DNA of 64,000 nucleotides from an uncultured bacterium (GTDB lineage: Bacteria; Omnitrophota; Omnitrophia; Omnitrophales; Abzuiibacteriaceae). Below the pieces are notes generated by a model. It was not told the origin of the DNA. It did no database searches and saw only the letters and a program-made list of their open reading frames with translations. Positions 43,959 through 52,202 of the stretch are shown here, one piece after another. The position numbers and the translations under genes are program-made. Within the stretch, counting starts at the first letter, position 1, and each line of letters opens with the position of its first letter. The stretch covers positions 288,001 to 352,000 of the forward strand of contig CAYLXA010000001.1 in the NCBI GenBank assembly GCA_964387845.1, read 5' to 3'.

Positions 43959-44852
43959 TTATTTCTTTACCAGAATACCCGCTTCCTCAAGACGTTTCTG
44001 CATTGTATTGCCGATTTCGGCCGGGCTGTCTGCAACCGGAATTCCGAGTCCGCGCAACGTCTTGATTTTGTCAGCCGCAGTGCCGCTTCCTCCTGAAATA
44101 ATAGCACCTGCGTGGCCCATCCGCTTTCCGGGCGGTGCCGTTTGACCGGCTATAAAGGCAACGACCGGTTTTTTCATCTTTTTATTAATAAATTCTGCGG
44201 CCTTCTCCTCCGCCTCACCGCCGATTTCACCGATCATGAGCACGGCCTGCGTGCCGGGATCTTTCTCGAAAAGTTCGAGGCAATCAATAAAATTGGTTCC
44301 CAAAACAGGGTCTCCGCCGATTCCGATACAAGTCGATTGCCCAATACCGAGATTCGTGAGCTGCCAAACTGCTTCATAAGTGAGCGTTCCGCTGCGCGAA
44401 ACAACGCCGACAGCCCCGGCTTTATGAATATAGCCCGGCATAATGCCGATTTTGCAAGCACCCGGCGTGATGACACCCGGACAATTCGGTCCGATTAAAC
44501 GTACAGGCTTGCCCGCGAGTTTCTTTTTGACTTCGATCATATCTAATGTCGGAATGCCTTCTGTGATACACACCACAAGGCGAATTCCGCCGTCGGCAGC
44601 TTCTAAAATCGCGTCTTTGGCAAATTTTGCGGGAACATAAATAACACTCGCATCGGCTTTGGTGGCTTGAACGGCGTCTTTGACGGAATTAAAAACAGGA
44701 ATTTCATCAACCTTCTGGCCGCCTTTTCCGGGCGTGACGCCGCCGACAACTTTGGTGCCGTATTCCACCATCTGCTTAGCATGAAACGCGCCGTGCGTAC
44801 CGGTAATGCCCTGCACAATCACGCGCGTTTCGGAATTGACTAAAATAGACAT
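43959..44852 (-). CDS. sucD: succinyl-CoA synthetase alpha subunit
   Basis: [45 protein letters not shown] and the phosphohistidine-loop region. Confidence 0.9.
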   Translation of the reverse strand: MSILVNSETRVIVQGITGTHGAFHAKQMVEYGTKVVGGVTPGKGGQKVDEIPVFNSVKDAVQATKADASVIYVPAKFAKDAILEAADGGIRLVVCITEGIPTLDMIEVKKKLAGKPVRLIGPNCPGVITPGACKIGIMPGYIHKAGAVGVVSRSGTLTYEAVWQLTNLGIGQSTCIGIGGDPVLGTNFIDCLELFEKDPGTQAVLMIGEIGGEAEEKAAEFINKKMKKPVVAFIAGQTAPPGKRMGHAGAIISGGSGTAADKIKTLRGLGIPVADSPAEIGNTMQKRLEEAGILVKK

Positions 44853-46021
44853 TACTTCTTCCCTTGTGACGCCGCGACCACTTTTTTGGCAGCGTCCGTT
44901 AAATTTTCTGCGAGTGAAATATTGAGGCCCGAGCTCTTTAAAATCGCGAGGCCTTCTTTAACATTGGTGCCTTCGAGGCGAACGACAAGCGGCACTTTGA
45001 TCTGCACTTGCTTCGCCGCAGCCACGATTCCTTGCGCCACCACATCGCATTTCATGATCCCGCCAAAAATATTGACCAAAATGGCTTTTACATTCGGGTC
45101 CTGCAGGATGATTTTAAAAGCGGCCGATACTTTATCAACGCTCGCGCCGCCGCCCACGTCTAAAAAATTTGCCGGCTCTCCGCCGTGCAGCTTGATAAGA
45201 TCCATCGTCGCCATCGCAAGCCCGGCGCCGTTCACCATGCAGCCGATATTGCCGTCGAGGCCGACATAACTAAGATCAAATTTTTTAGCTTCCACTTCCC
45301 GTGCATCTTCTTGAGATGTGTCGCGCATTTCGGCAATTTCCGGATGCCGGAAAAGCGCATTATCATCGAAAACTGCTTTCGAATCGACGATAAACACATC
45401 GCCGCTTTCTAAAACGCCGAGCGGATTAATTTCCAGAAGAGAAATGTCCTTTTTAACAAACACCTGCGACAAAACCGAAATGATTTTGGCGATCTGCTTT
45501 TTCTGTGCTTCCGTTAGAGATGCTTTTTGAATCAGCTTCAAAGCATCGGCTTCCTTAACACCCGCCGCCGGATCAAAATGAAGCTTCATGATTTTATCCG
45601 GATGCGTTTTGGCGACTTCTTCTATGTCCATACCGCCCATTTCCGAAAAAACCACACACGGAAGTTCTTTTTCGCGATCCATCACGGCCGCCAAATAAAG
45701 TTCTTTTTTAAGAATACTCGCAGATTCTAATAATACAGAATTGATTGGCTGGCCCTTTCCGGCAGTCTGATATGTCACCAGCGATTTTCCGATAAGAGAC
45801 TGGGAAAACTCGAAAGCTTCTTTCACAGTCTTCACGATTTTAACGCCGCCGGCTTTTCCGCGGCCGCCGGCATGGACTTGGGCCTTCACAACCAGCGGCA
45901 ATTTGCCGATCGCGGCAATGTCGTTTTCCGACAAAGTGTCTTTGGTAAACACTTTCCCGGTCGGGACCGGAAGCCCTTCGGCTCTAAAAATTTCTTTGGC
46001 TTGATATTCGTGTACTTTCAT
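44852..46021 (-). CDS. sucC: succinyl-CoA synthetase beta subunit
   Basis: ATP-grasp N terminus [12 protein letters not shown]...[16 protein letters not shown] and C-terminal CoA-ligase domain. Stop and start overlap with sucD. Confidence 0.9.
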   Translation of the reverse strand: MKVHEYQAKEIFRAEGLPVPTGKVFTKDTLSENDIAAIGKLPLVVKAQVHAGGRGKAGGVKIVKTVKEAFEFSQSLIGKSLVTYQTAGKGQPINSVLLESASILKKELYLAAVMDREKELPCVVFSEMGGMDIEEVAKTHPDKIMKLHFDPAAGVKEADALKLIQKASLTEAQKKQIAKIISVLSQVFVKKDISLLEINPLGVLESGDVFIVDSKAVFDDNALFRHPEIAEMRDTSQEDAREVEAKKFDLSYVGLDGNIGCMVNGAGLAMATMDLIKLHGGEPANFLDVGGGASVDKVSAAFKIILQDPNVKAILVNIFGGIMKCDVVAQGIVAAAKQVQIKVPLVVRLEGTNVKEGLAILKSSGLNISLAENLTDAAKKVVAASQGKK

Positions 46022-46029
46022 TTTTTATC

Positions 46030-46120
46030 CAGTGTTAAGTTGTAAGTGATAAGTTTTAAGTTATTCAATTACTTACCACTTATAACTTATCACTTACCAC
46101 TATGTTACAAACTTACAAAA
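46030..46120. repeat. GTAAGT-heptad hairpin element, copy 2 (family i)
   Basis: gttaagttgtaagtgataagttttaagtt ... acttaccacttataacttatcacttaccac ... acttac. It fills the sucC-start to gamma-CA-stop gap. Confidence 0.55.
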
Positions 46121-46620
46121 CGTCCCCGCGCGTGTTCCGCTGCAAGCTGAGCGTACCGCTTGGCCCATTCGATCTGGCCTTTGACTTCTTTCTTGGTCAA
46201 TTTCCGCTTAAATTTAGCCGGCATTCCAAGATATAAACTCTCAGGTTTTACCTTCATCCCTTCCGTCACAAGCGCTCCGGCGCCCACGAGTGCGCCTTCG
46301 CCAATCACCGCGTCATTTAAAATAATCGCGCCCATTCCGATCAAGGCGCCCGATTTTACCGTACACGCATGCAAAATCACATTGTGCCCAACCACGCAAT
46401 AATCACCCACGTAACAGCCGCGCTCGCGCTCTAAATGTACGAGCGAGAGATCCTGAATGTTTGTGTATTTACCGATCACAATTTCATTAATGTCGCCGCG
46501 CAGCACCACGCCGGGCCAGATATTGGCATAATCCTTGAGCGTCACGCGCCCGATCACTTGCGCAGACGGATGAACCCAGACATTCTTCCCGAGTTTCGGC
46601 TTATAAGTAAAAGTCGTCAT
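46105..46620 (-). CDS. gamma-carbonic-anhydrase-like hexapeptide-repeat (left-handed beta-helix) protein
   Basis: Hexapeptide repeats and a His triad pattern (VHPSAQVIG...IGKYTNIQDLSLVH...VGHNVILHAC). Start at ATG 46620 (MTTFTYKPK). Confidence 0.7.
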   Translation of the reverse strand: MTTFTYKPKLGKNVWVHPSAQVIGRVTLKDYANIWPGVVLRGDINEIVIGKYTNIQDLSLVHLERERGCYVGDYCVVGHNVILHACTVKSGALIGMGAIILNDAVIGEGALVGAGALVTEGMKVKPESLYLGMPAKFKRKLTKKEVKGQIEWAKRYAQLAAEHARGRFVSL

Positions 46621-46703
46621 TGCGAGACATAGTGATTGGTGTCGAAGCAATCTACGTTCTGAGATTGCTTCGGCGAAGTTTTCAAAGCGCCTCGCAATGA
46701 CGG
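46615..46703. repeat. family iv element, copy 2 (complete palindromic version)
   Basis: gtcattgcgagacatagtgattggtgtcgaagcaatctacgttctgagattgcttcggcgaagttttcaaagcgcctcgcaatgacgg. Outer inverted repeat GTCATTGCGAG / CTCGCAATGAC; inner inverted repeat GAAGCAATC / GATTGCTTC. Confidence 0.5.
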
Positions 46704-46711
46704 TATTTGCA

Positions 46712-47461
46712 TTATTTCTTCAAAAAATCCAATAGATTGACCGTGATCTGGCGGTTGACTTCGGCAATCGAAGTGACGAGCGGAATCTGCTTTGGGCAGG
46801 CCTTCACACAATTCTGCGCATTCCCACAATCTTCAATGCCGCCTTTTTCCATCAAAGCTTCTAAACGTTCTTTTTTCAGCACGGCGCCGGTCGGATGCGC
46901 ATTGAACAGCCTGACTTGGCTGATCACGGCAGCACCGACAAAATCCGAGCGGTCGTTAATCTGCGGACAAACTTCCATGCAGCAGCCGCAGGCAATACAG
47001 CGCGACAGTTCATAATTTTCGAGCGCTTGCTCGGGCTGAATCCGGGGCCCCGGCCCAAGCGCATAAGTTCCGTCAATCGGAACCCAGGTTTTTGTGCGTT
47101 TCAAACTTTTAAAAATGCGGCTTCGGTCGACCGCCAAATCACGCACGACCGGGAATTTGGTCATCGGTTCAATTGTGATTTCATCGCCCAAATGATCGAC
47201 GAGCGTTGAGCACGCCTGCCTGACTTTTCCGTTAATCACCATCGTGCACGTGCCGCACACTTCTTCAAGGCAGCTGGCTTCCCAGGTAATGACCGATGTT
47301 GCGCGGCCGTCAAAAGTTTTTGGATTTTTACGCAGATCCTGGAGGCACGTGATGATATTCATGTACGGGCGGTACTTGATTTTATACTCTTCCCAATACG
47401 GTTTCGTATTCGGCCCGTCCTGGCGCTTGATTTTGATTTTAATCGAATCAAATTTTGCCAT
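46712..47461 (-). CDS. sdhB: succinate dehydrogenase / fumarate reductase iron-sulfur subunit
   Basis: Cys clusters for 2Fe-2S, 4Fe-4S and 3Fe-4S (CGTCTMVING, CIACGCCMEVCP, CGNAQNCVKACP). Confidence 0.85.
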   Translation of the reverse strand: MAKFDSIKIKIKRQDGPNTKPYWEEYKIKYRPYMNIITCLQDLRKNPKTFDGRATSVITWEASCLEEVCGTCTMVINGKVRQACSTLVDHLGDEITIEPMTKFPVVRDLAVDRSRIFKSLKRTKTWVPIDGTYALGPGPRIQPEQALENYELSRCIACGCCMEVCPQINDRSDFVGAAVISQVRLFNAHPTGAVLKKERLEALMEKGGIEDCGNAQNCVKACPKQIPLVTSIAEVNRQITVNLLDFLKK

Positions 47462-49200
47462 TAATATTTCCGCTCTCGCGGCTCATAAAGTGATGTGTCT
47501 ACTTTTTCGTAACTTAATTCCGGAGCGTCCAGTTTATATTTTGCGATCGTGGTCTTGAGAAAATCTTTGTCGTTCCGGTCCGGAAATTCCGGCTTGTAAT
47601 GCGCGCCGCGGCTTTCATTGCGCTTTAAAGCGCCGATCGTGATCACGCGCGCAAGCTGAAGCATGTTGATCAGTTCCCGTGTAAACACAAGCGGCTGATT
47701 GGCCCAGTTTGACATGTCATGAATATTAACGTCATTTGTACGCTCAATCAGTTCAACTAATTTTTTATCCGTTTCCTCAAGCGTTTTGTTGACCCGGACA
47801 ACCGTCACATTATCCGTCATCACCTTTGCCATTTCTTCCCACAGCTGGTAAGGATTTTCTTTGCCGCGCGAGCGCATGACTTTTTCATTTAAATCTTTTT
47901 GCCTACTGACTTCCTCATCAAAAATTTTCTGGCTCGACGATTCAGAACTTTGCTCGAGCCCGCCCACATATTTCACAGCTGTTGTGGCCGCCACCGCGCC
48001 GCCATAAATGCACGACAACAAGGAATTTGCTCCGAGCCGGTTAGCGCCGTGATATTGATAATCGCACTCACCCGCCGCCAAAATACCTTTTACGTTTGTC
48101 ATGTGCTCGTCGTCGATATACATGCCGCCCATCGTGTAATGAACTGAGGGAAACACGCGCATCGGAACTTTGCGCGGATCGTCACCGACAAATTTTTCAT
48201 AAATTTCAATCACGCCGCCCAGTTTCGCTTCCAATGATTTGCGATCGAGATGCGAAATATCGAGATAGACGACATCTTTTCCGTCTAATCCGAGTTTCTG
48301 CTCACGGCAAACTTTGAAAATGGCGCGGCTTGCAATGTCGCGCGGCACGAGATTGCCGTATTTGGGATACATTTCTTCGAGAAAATACCAGGGTTTTCCA
48401 TTTTTATAAGTCCACACGCGCCCGCCTTCGCCGCGGATCGCCTCCGACATCAACCGGTTTTTATCTTCACCCGGAATCGCGGTCGGATGAACTTGAATGA
48501 ATTCGCCGTTTGCGTACCAAACACCTTGCTCAAAGAGCGCGCCCGCCGCGGAACCTGTGCAGATTGTAGAGTTGGTGCTGCGCCCATAAATCATCCCCAC
48601 GCCGCCCGTGGCCATCACAACCGCATCCGCGCGGAAAGCTTTGAGTTCGAGTGAAGCGAGATTGATCGCCGTAATTCCGCGCGCTACTTTTTGATCATCC
48701 AGAACAGCCGATAGAAATTCCCAGCCTTCATAGCGCGTGATAAGTCCGTCGGATTCAAAACGGCGGGTTTGTTCGTCGAGCGCGTAAAGCAGCTGTTGTC
48801 CTGTGGTGGCGCCTGCAAAAGCCGTCCGGTGAAACCGTGTGCCGCCGAAACGGCGGAAATCCAGCATGCCTTCGGCCGTCCGGTTAAACGGAACACCCAT
48901 CCGGTCAAACATGTGAACAATGCCGGGCGCTGCTTCGCACATGCCGAGCACAAGTTTTTGGTTTGCCAAAAAGTCGCCGCCGAAAATGGTTTCCTCAAAA
49001 TGAATGCGCGGCGAGTCGCCTTCACCTTTTGTATTGATAGAAGCATTGATGCCGCCTTGCGCGCATACAGAATGCGATCTTCGGCACGGAATAATGGAAA
49101 AAATATCAACCGCGAGGCCTTGCTCGGCCAGCTTTACGGCCGTCATCAGTCCCGCAAGACCGCCGCCAACTACGATGTATTTACCTTTCGCAACGCCCAT
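47461..49200 (-). CDS. sdhA: succinate dehydrogenase / fumarate reductase flavoprotein subunit
   Basis: FAD-binding N terminus VVGGGLAGLMTA, covalent-FAD His region (RSHSVCAQGGINA), and active-site HYTMGG. Confidence 0.9.
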   Translation of the reverse strand: MGVAKGKYIVVGGGLAGLMTAVKLAEQGLAVDIFSIIPCRRSHSVCAQGGINASINTKGEGDSPRIHFEETIFGGDFLANQKLVLGMCEAAPGIVHMFDRMGVPFNRTAEGMLDFRRFGGTRFHRTAFAGATTGQQLLYALDEQTRRFESDGLITRYEGWEFLSAVLDDQKVARGITAINLASLELKAFRADAVVMATGGVGMIYGRSTNSTICTGSAAGALFEQGVWYANGEFIQVHPTAIPGEDKNRLMSEAIRGEGGRVWTYKNGKPWYFLEEMYPKYGNLVPRDIASRAIFKVCREQKLGLDGKDVVYLDISHLDRKSLEAKLGGVIEIYEKFVGDDPRKVPMRVFPSVHYTMGGMYIDDEHMTNVKGILAAGECDYQYHGANRLGANSLLSCIYGGAVAATTAVKYVGGLEQSSESSSQKIFDEEVSRQKDLNEKVMRSRGKENPYQLWEEMAKVMTDNVTVVRVNKTLEETDKKLVELIERTNDVNIHDMSNWANQPLVFTRELINMLQLARVITIGALKRNESRGAHYKPEFPDRNDKDFLKTTIAKYKLDAPELSYEKVDTSLYEPRERKY

Positions 49201-49815
49201 TTAGACTCTCACTAAGTGAATCAGCGAACTGAGGCCCATCGTGAAAACAATTACGCCAAGAAGCGCGGAAAACACGGCTGAGACTCTTTGTGATTTTGGC
49301 CCGACCGTAATGCCCCAGCTGATTGCAAATCCCCAAAGGCCGTTTGCAAAATGGAAACACACGGCAGCAAGACCAACGATGTAAAACCAAAATGTAAACG
49401 GATTCGCCATAAGTTCCTGCATCCGCGCAAAACTCACTTCCGTTCCGTAAAGCGCGTGCATAATGCGTGTTTCATAAACGTGGTACAAAATATAGGCAAA
49501 CGTAATCAAGCCCGTCCAGCGCTGAAGTACATAGAGAAAATTTTTTGTGTTCGGATAAGACGACAGGTTGGATTTTCCGCTAAACCAGACGTAGAAACCG
49601 TAACCGGCATGATACAAAATCGGAAGCGCGATAAAGATGATTTCAAGTGCAACCACAAACGGCAAACTTTGCAGGAATTCGATTTTTTCGTTGTAAGCTT
49701 CCGGGCCTTGTGTAATGAAGGAATTCGTGAACATGTGCTCCAGCAAAAAAGCGCCGATCGGAAATACGCCGGAAAGCGAGTGGAGCCTTCTAAGCCAGAA
49801 TGAGGATTTAGACAT
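49201..49815 (-). CDS. sdhC: succinate dehydrogenase cytochrome b558 membrane subunit (single large anchor, type B)
   Basis: 204 aa, five predicted TM helices with conserved His residues. Directly upstream of sdhA. Confidence 0.7.
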   Translation of the reverse strand: MSKSSFWLRRLHSLSGVFPIGAFLLEHMFTNSFITQGPEAYNEKIEFLQSLPFVVALEIIFIALPILYHAGYGFYVWFSGKSNLSSYPNTKNFLYVLQRWTGLITFAYILYHVYETRIMHALYGTEVSFARMQELMANPFTFWFYIVGLAAVCFHFANGLWGFAISWGITVGPKSQRVSAVFSALLGVIVFTMGLSSLIHLVRV

Positions 49816-49818
49816 TTT

Positions 49819-49908
49819 TCAGTCGTAAGTTGTAAGTGGTAAGTCGTAAGTTAATAAAATGGTAAGTTTTTGCTTCTTACTTACCACTTATCACTTACGA
49901 CTTACAAC
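49819..49908. repeat. GTAAGT-heptad hairpin element, copy 3 (family i)
   Basis: cgtaagttgtaagtggtaagtcgtaagtt ... cttacttaccacttatcacttacgacttacaac. Spans sdhC start to mdh stop. Confidence 0.55.
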
Positions 49909-50831
49909 TGGAGTTTACCGATACTTTCTTTCACATGCGCAACCGACTTTTGAAGCGCTGCTTGATCAGCGGCAGAAATTTTAAGCTCGATCACTTTTCG
50001 GACGCCGCTTTTATCCAAACTCACCGGAACACCGCAATAAGTACCGGAAATTCCGTATTCACCGTTCAAAAGTACGCAGCACGGCAAAATTCGGCCTGAG
50101 TCATTCAAAATTGCTTCGACCATTGCAACTGCCGAACTTGACGGCGCATAATACGCGCTGCCTGTTTTAAGCAAATTCACAATTTCGATTCCGCCGTCGC
50201 GCGTGCGCTGATTAATTGCATCGATTCTTTCTTTCTTGATGAGCTGTGTAATCGGAACGCCGTTCACGGTCGAGAAATCAGGGACCGGAACCATCGAATC
50301 GCCGTGGCCGCCCAACACCATCGCGCGAACGTCTTTCGGTGATACTTTGAGTTCTTCGGCAATAAAATACGCATAACGCGAGGAATCCAGAACGCCCGCC
50401 ATACCGATCACGCGCTTTGAATCAAACCCTGATTTCTTCCACGCCAGATAAGCCATGACATCCAGCGGGTTTGTGACAATAACGAGAATTGCTTTTGGAG
50501 AATATTTGACAATTTCGGTGACGATACCGCCCACGATTTCGGCGTTTTTGGCCTGCAAATCATCACGGCTCATGCCGGGCTTTCGGGCGAGGCCTGCTGT
50601 GATCACAACGACGTCAGAATCTTTTGTATCAGCGTAGGAATTGGTGCCGACGATTTTGGTATCGAATTGCTCGAATGAGGAAGATTCCATCATATCAAGC
50701 GCTTTTCCCTGCGGCATTCCTTCAACCACATCGACTAAAACGACATCCGCCAATTCTTTTTCAAGGATTCTTTGAGCGCAAGTGGCTCCGACGAAACCTG
50801 CTCCGACTACGGTCACTTTTGAACGATTCAT
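49902..50831 (-). CDS. mdh: malate dehydrogenase (LDH-like family)
   Basis: KVTVVGAGFVGATCAQ Rossmann motif, catalytic His/Arg pattern, 309 aa. Confidence 0.85.
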   Translation of the reverse strand: MNRSKVTVVGAGFVGATCAQRILEKELADVVLVDVVEGMPQGKALDMMESSSFEQFDTKIVGTNSYADTKDSDVVVITAGLARKPGMSRDDLQAKNAEIVGGIVTEIVKYSPKAILVIVTNPLDVMAYLAWKKSGFDSKRVIGMAGVLDSSRYAYFIAEELKVSPKDVRAMVLGGHGDSMVPVPDFSTVNGVPITQLIKKERIDAINQRTRDGGIEIVNLLKTGSAYYAPSSSAVAMVEAILNDSGRILPCCVLLNGEYGISGTYCGVPVSLDKSGVRKVIELKISAADQAALQKSVAHVKESIGKLQL

Positions 50832-50950
50832 ATAGACTCCAAGCTTAAAAGATGAGAAGAAACGCGTAAGCCAATATTATCTGTTATTTTGAAAAACATG
50901 CAAGAAGTTTTAGGTGTAGTAATTACGAGAAACAAAAGCAGAAATACAAA

Positions 50951-52150
50951 TTAACGGCCGGCGGCGAGAAGTAAATATCTTTGAAGATCGATCGGGTGCT
51001 GGCTGATGAGATTGTCCCACTGGCGGTGCGCGATTTCAAACTGTGCGCGGGCATCTTTCATTTTCTGGTGCGCCATTTCGTGAAAATCGTGCGAACGTTT
51101 ATCCCACTCATTGCGAATTACTTTTTGATATTCCATCGCGGCGCGCTCCCAAGTCACCAAACTGTGACGCAAATCTTCATAACGCTGCCGGAACACTTCG
51201 AAAACCGGCACCAACCCGTGATGATGCTCCGCGGTTTTTAAAAGATCGTGGGTTCTCTGATGTTCCGCCGCCAAACGCGCATGCAAAATCTGAAACCGAG
51301 AAACCGTTCTTAAATCATGCGTCAGCCCGACACGGCTTAAAAACGCGATCACCCATTTGCTCGGATCCCATTGATACCAACGAACGCCGTTGCGGTAATC
51401 CGACGGAAAACGGTGATGAAAATTGTGATAGCCTTCTCCGTAAGTCATCATCGCCACAAACCAATGGTCCTTCGCGGTTGCGTAAATATCGTACGTCGCC
51501 TTTCCGAACATGTGGCAGACAGAATTAATGCAGAACGTTGAATGATAAACAATTGTGATTCTGGCGCAAACCGCGAAAATAAACGCGCCGAGCGCGTGTC
51601 CTGTCATGGCGCCGATTGCAATGGGTAGTAAAATTCCGGATGTAAACGCCCAAAGTAAGAAATATTTGTGCTGATGCATCACGAGCTTGGATTTCTGAAG
51701 GTCTTTGACGTTATCAAAATTGTATTGGTGATGCCAGAAAATCAGCCAGCCGATGTGCGCGTAGAAAAAACCTTTTTTAATGCTGTAAGGGTCGTCATCC
51801 GTGTCCACATATTGATGATGATCGCGGTGCTGAGAAGCCCATTTGAGTGCCGATTGCTCGAAAGCGGCGGAACCAAAGAAGAGAAGTAAAAACTGAATAA
51901 TCGGATTTGCTTTGTAAGTCACATGGGCGAAAAGCCGGTGATAGCCAACCGTAATGCCTAAACCGCTGACCACCATATAAAAGGCAAACAGCCAAATTTC
52001 GGGCGCTGAAATACCATACTTATAGATGTAAATCGGTGCACCAATTAAGGTTACAAGCATCGTAATGGCGAAGAATATAATATTCTCCCAGACGTAACCC
52101 TTGGTGAGTTTGGCTTTCGGTGTCTCTTGCTTCATAGGATAAGTAGCCAT
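50951..52150 (-). CDS. acyl-CoA / acyl-lipid delta-9 fatty acid desaturase (membrane di-iron)
   Basis: Three His boxes: HRLFAH, HRDHHQY, HNFHHRFP. Confidence 0.8.
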   Translation of the reverse strand: MATYPMKQETPKAKLTKGYVWENIIFFAITMLVTLIGAPIYIYKYGISAPEIWLFAFYMVVSGLGITVGYHRLFAHVTYKANPIIQFLLLFFGSAAFEQSALKWASQHRDHHQYVDTDDDPYSIKKGFFYAHIGWLIFWHHQYNFDNVKDLQKSKLVMHQHKYFLLWAFTSGILLPIAIGAMTGHALGAFIFAVCARITIVYHSTFCINSVCHMFGKATYDIYATAKDHWFVAMMTYGEGYHNFHHRFPSDYRNGVRWYQWDPSKWVIAFLSRVGLTHDLRTVSRFQILHARLAAEHQRTHDLLKTAEHHHGLVPVFEVFRQRYEDLRHSLVTWERAAMEYQKVIRNEWDKRSHDFHEMAHQKMKDARAQFEIAHRQWDNLISQHPIDLQRYLLLAAGR

Positions 52151-52202
52151 ATTATCCAGTTTATCGGTCAGGATTGCAAGTTTTTTAGAAAAAAGACGGT
52201 TT

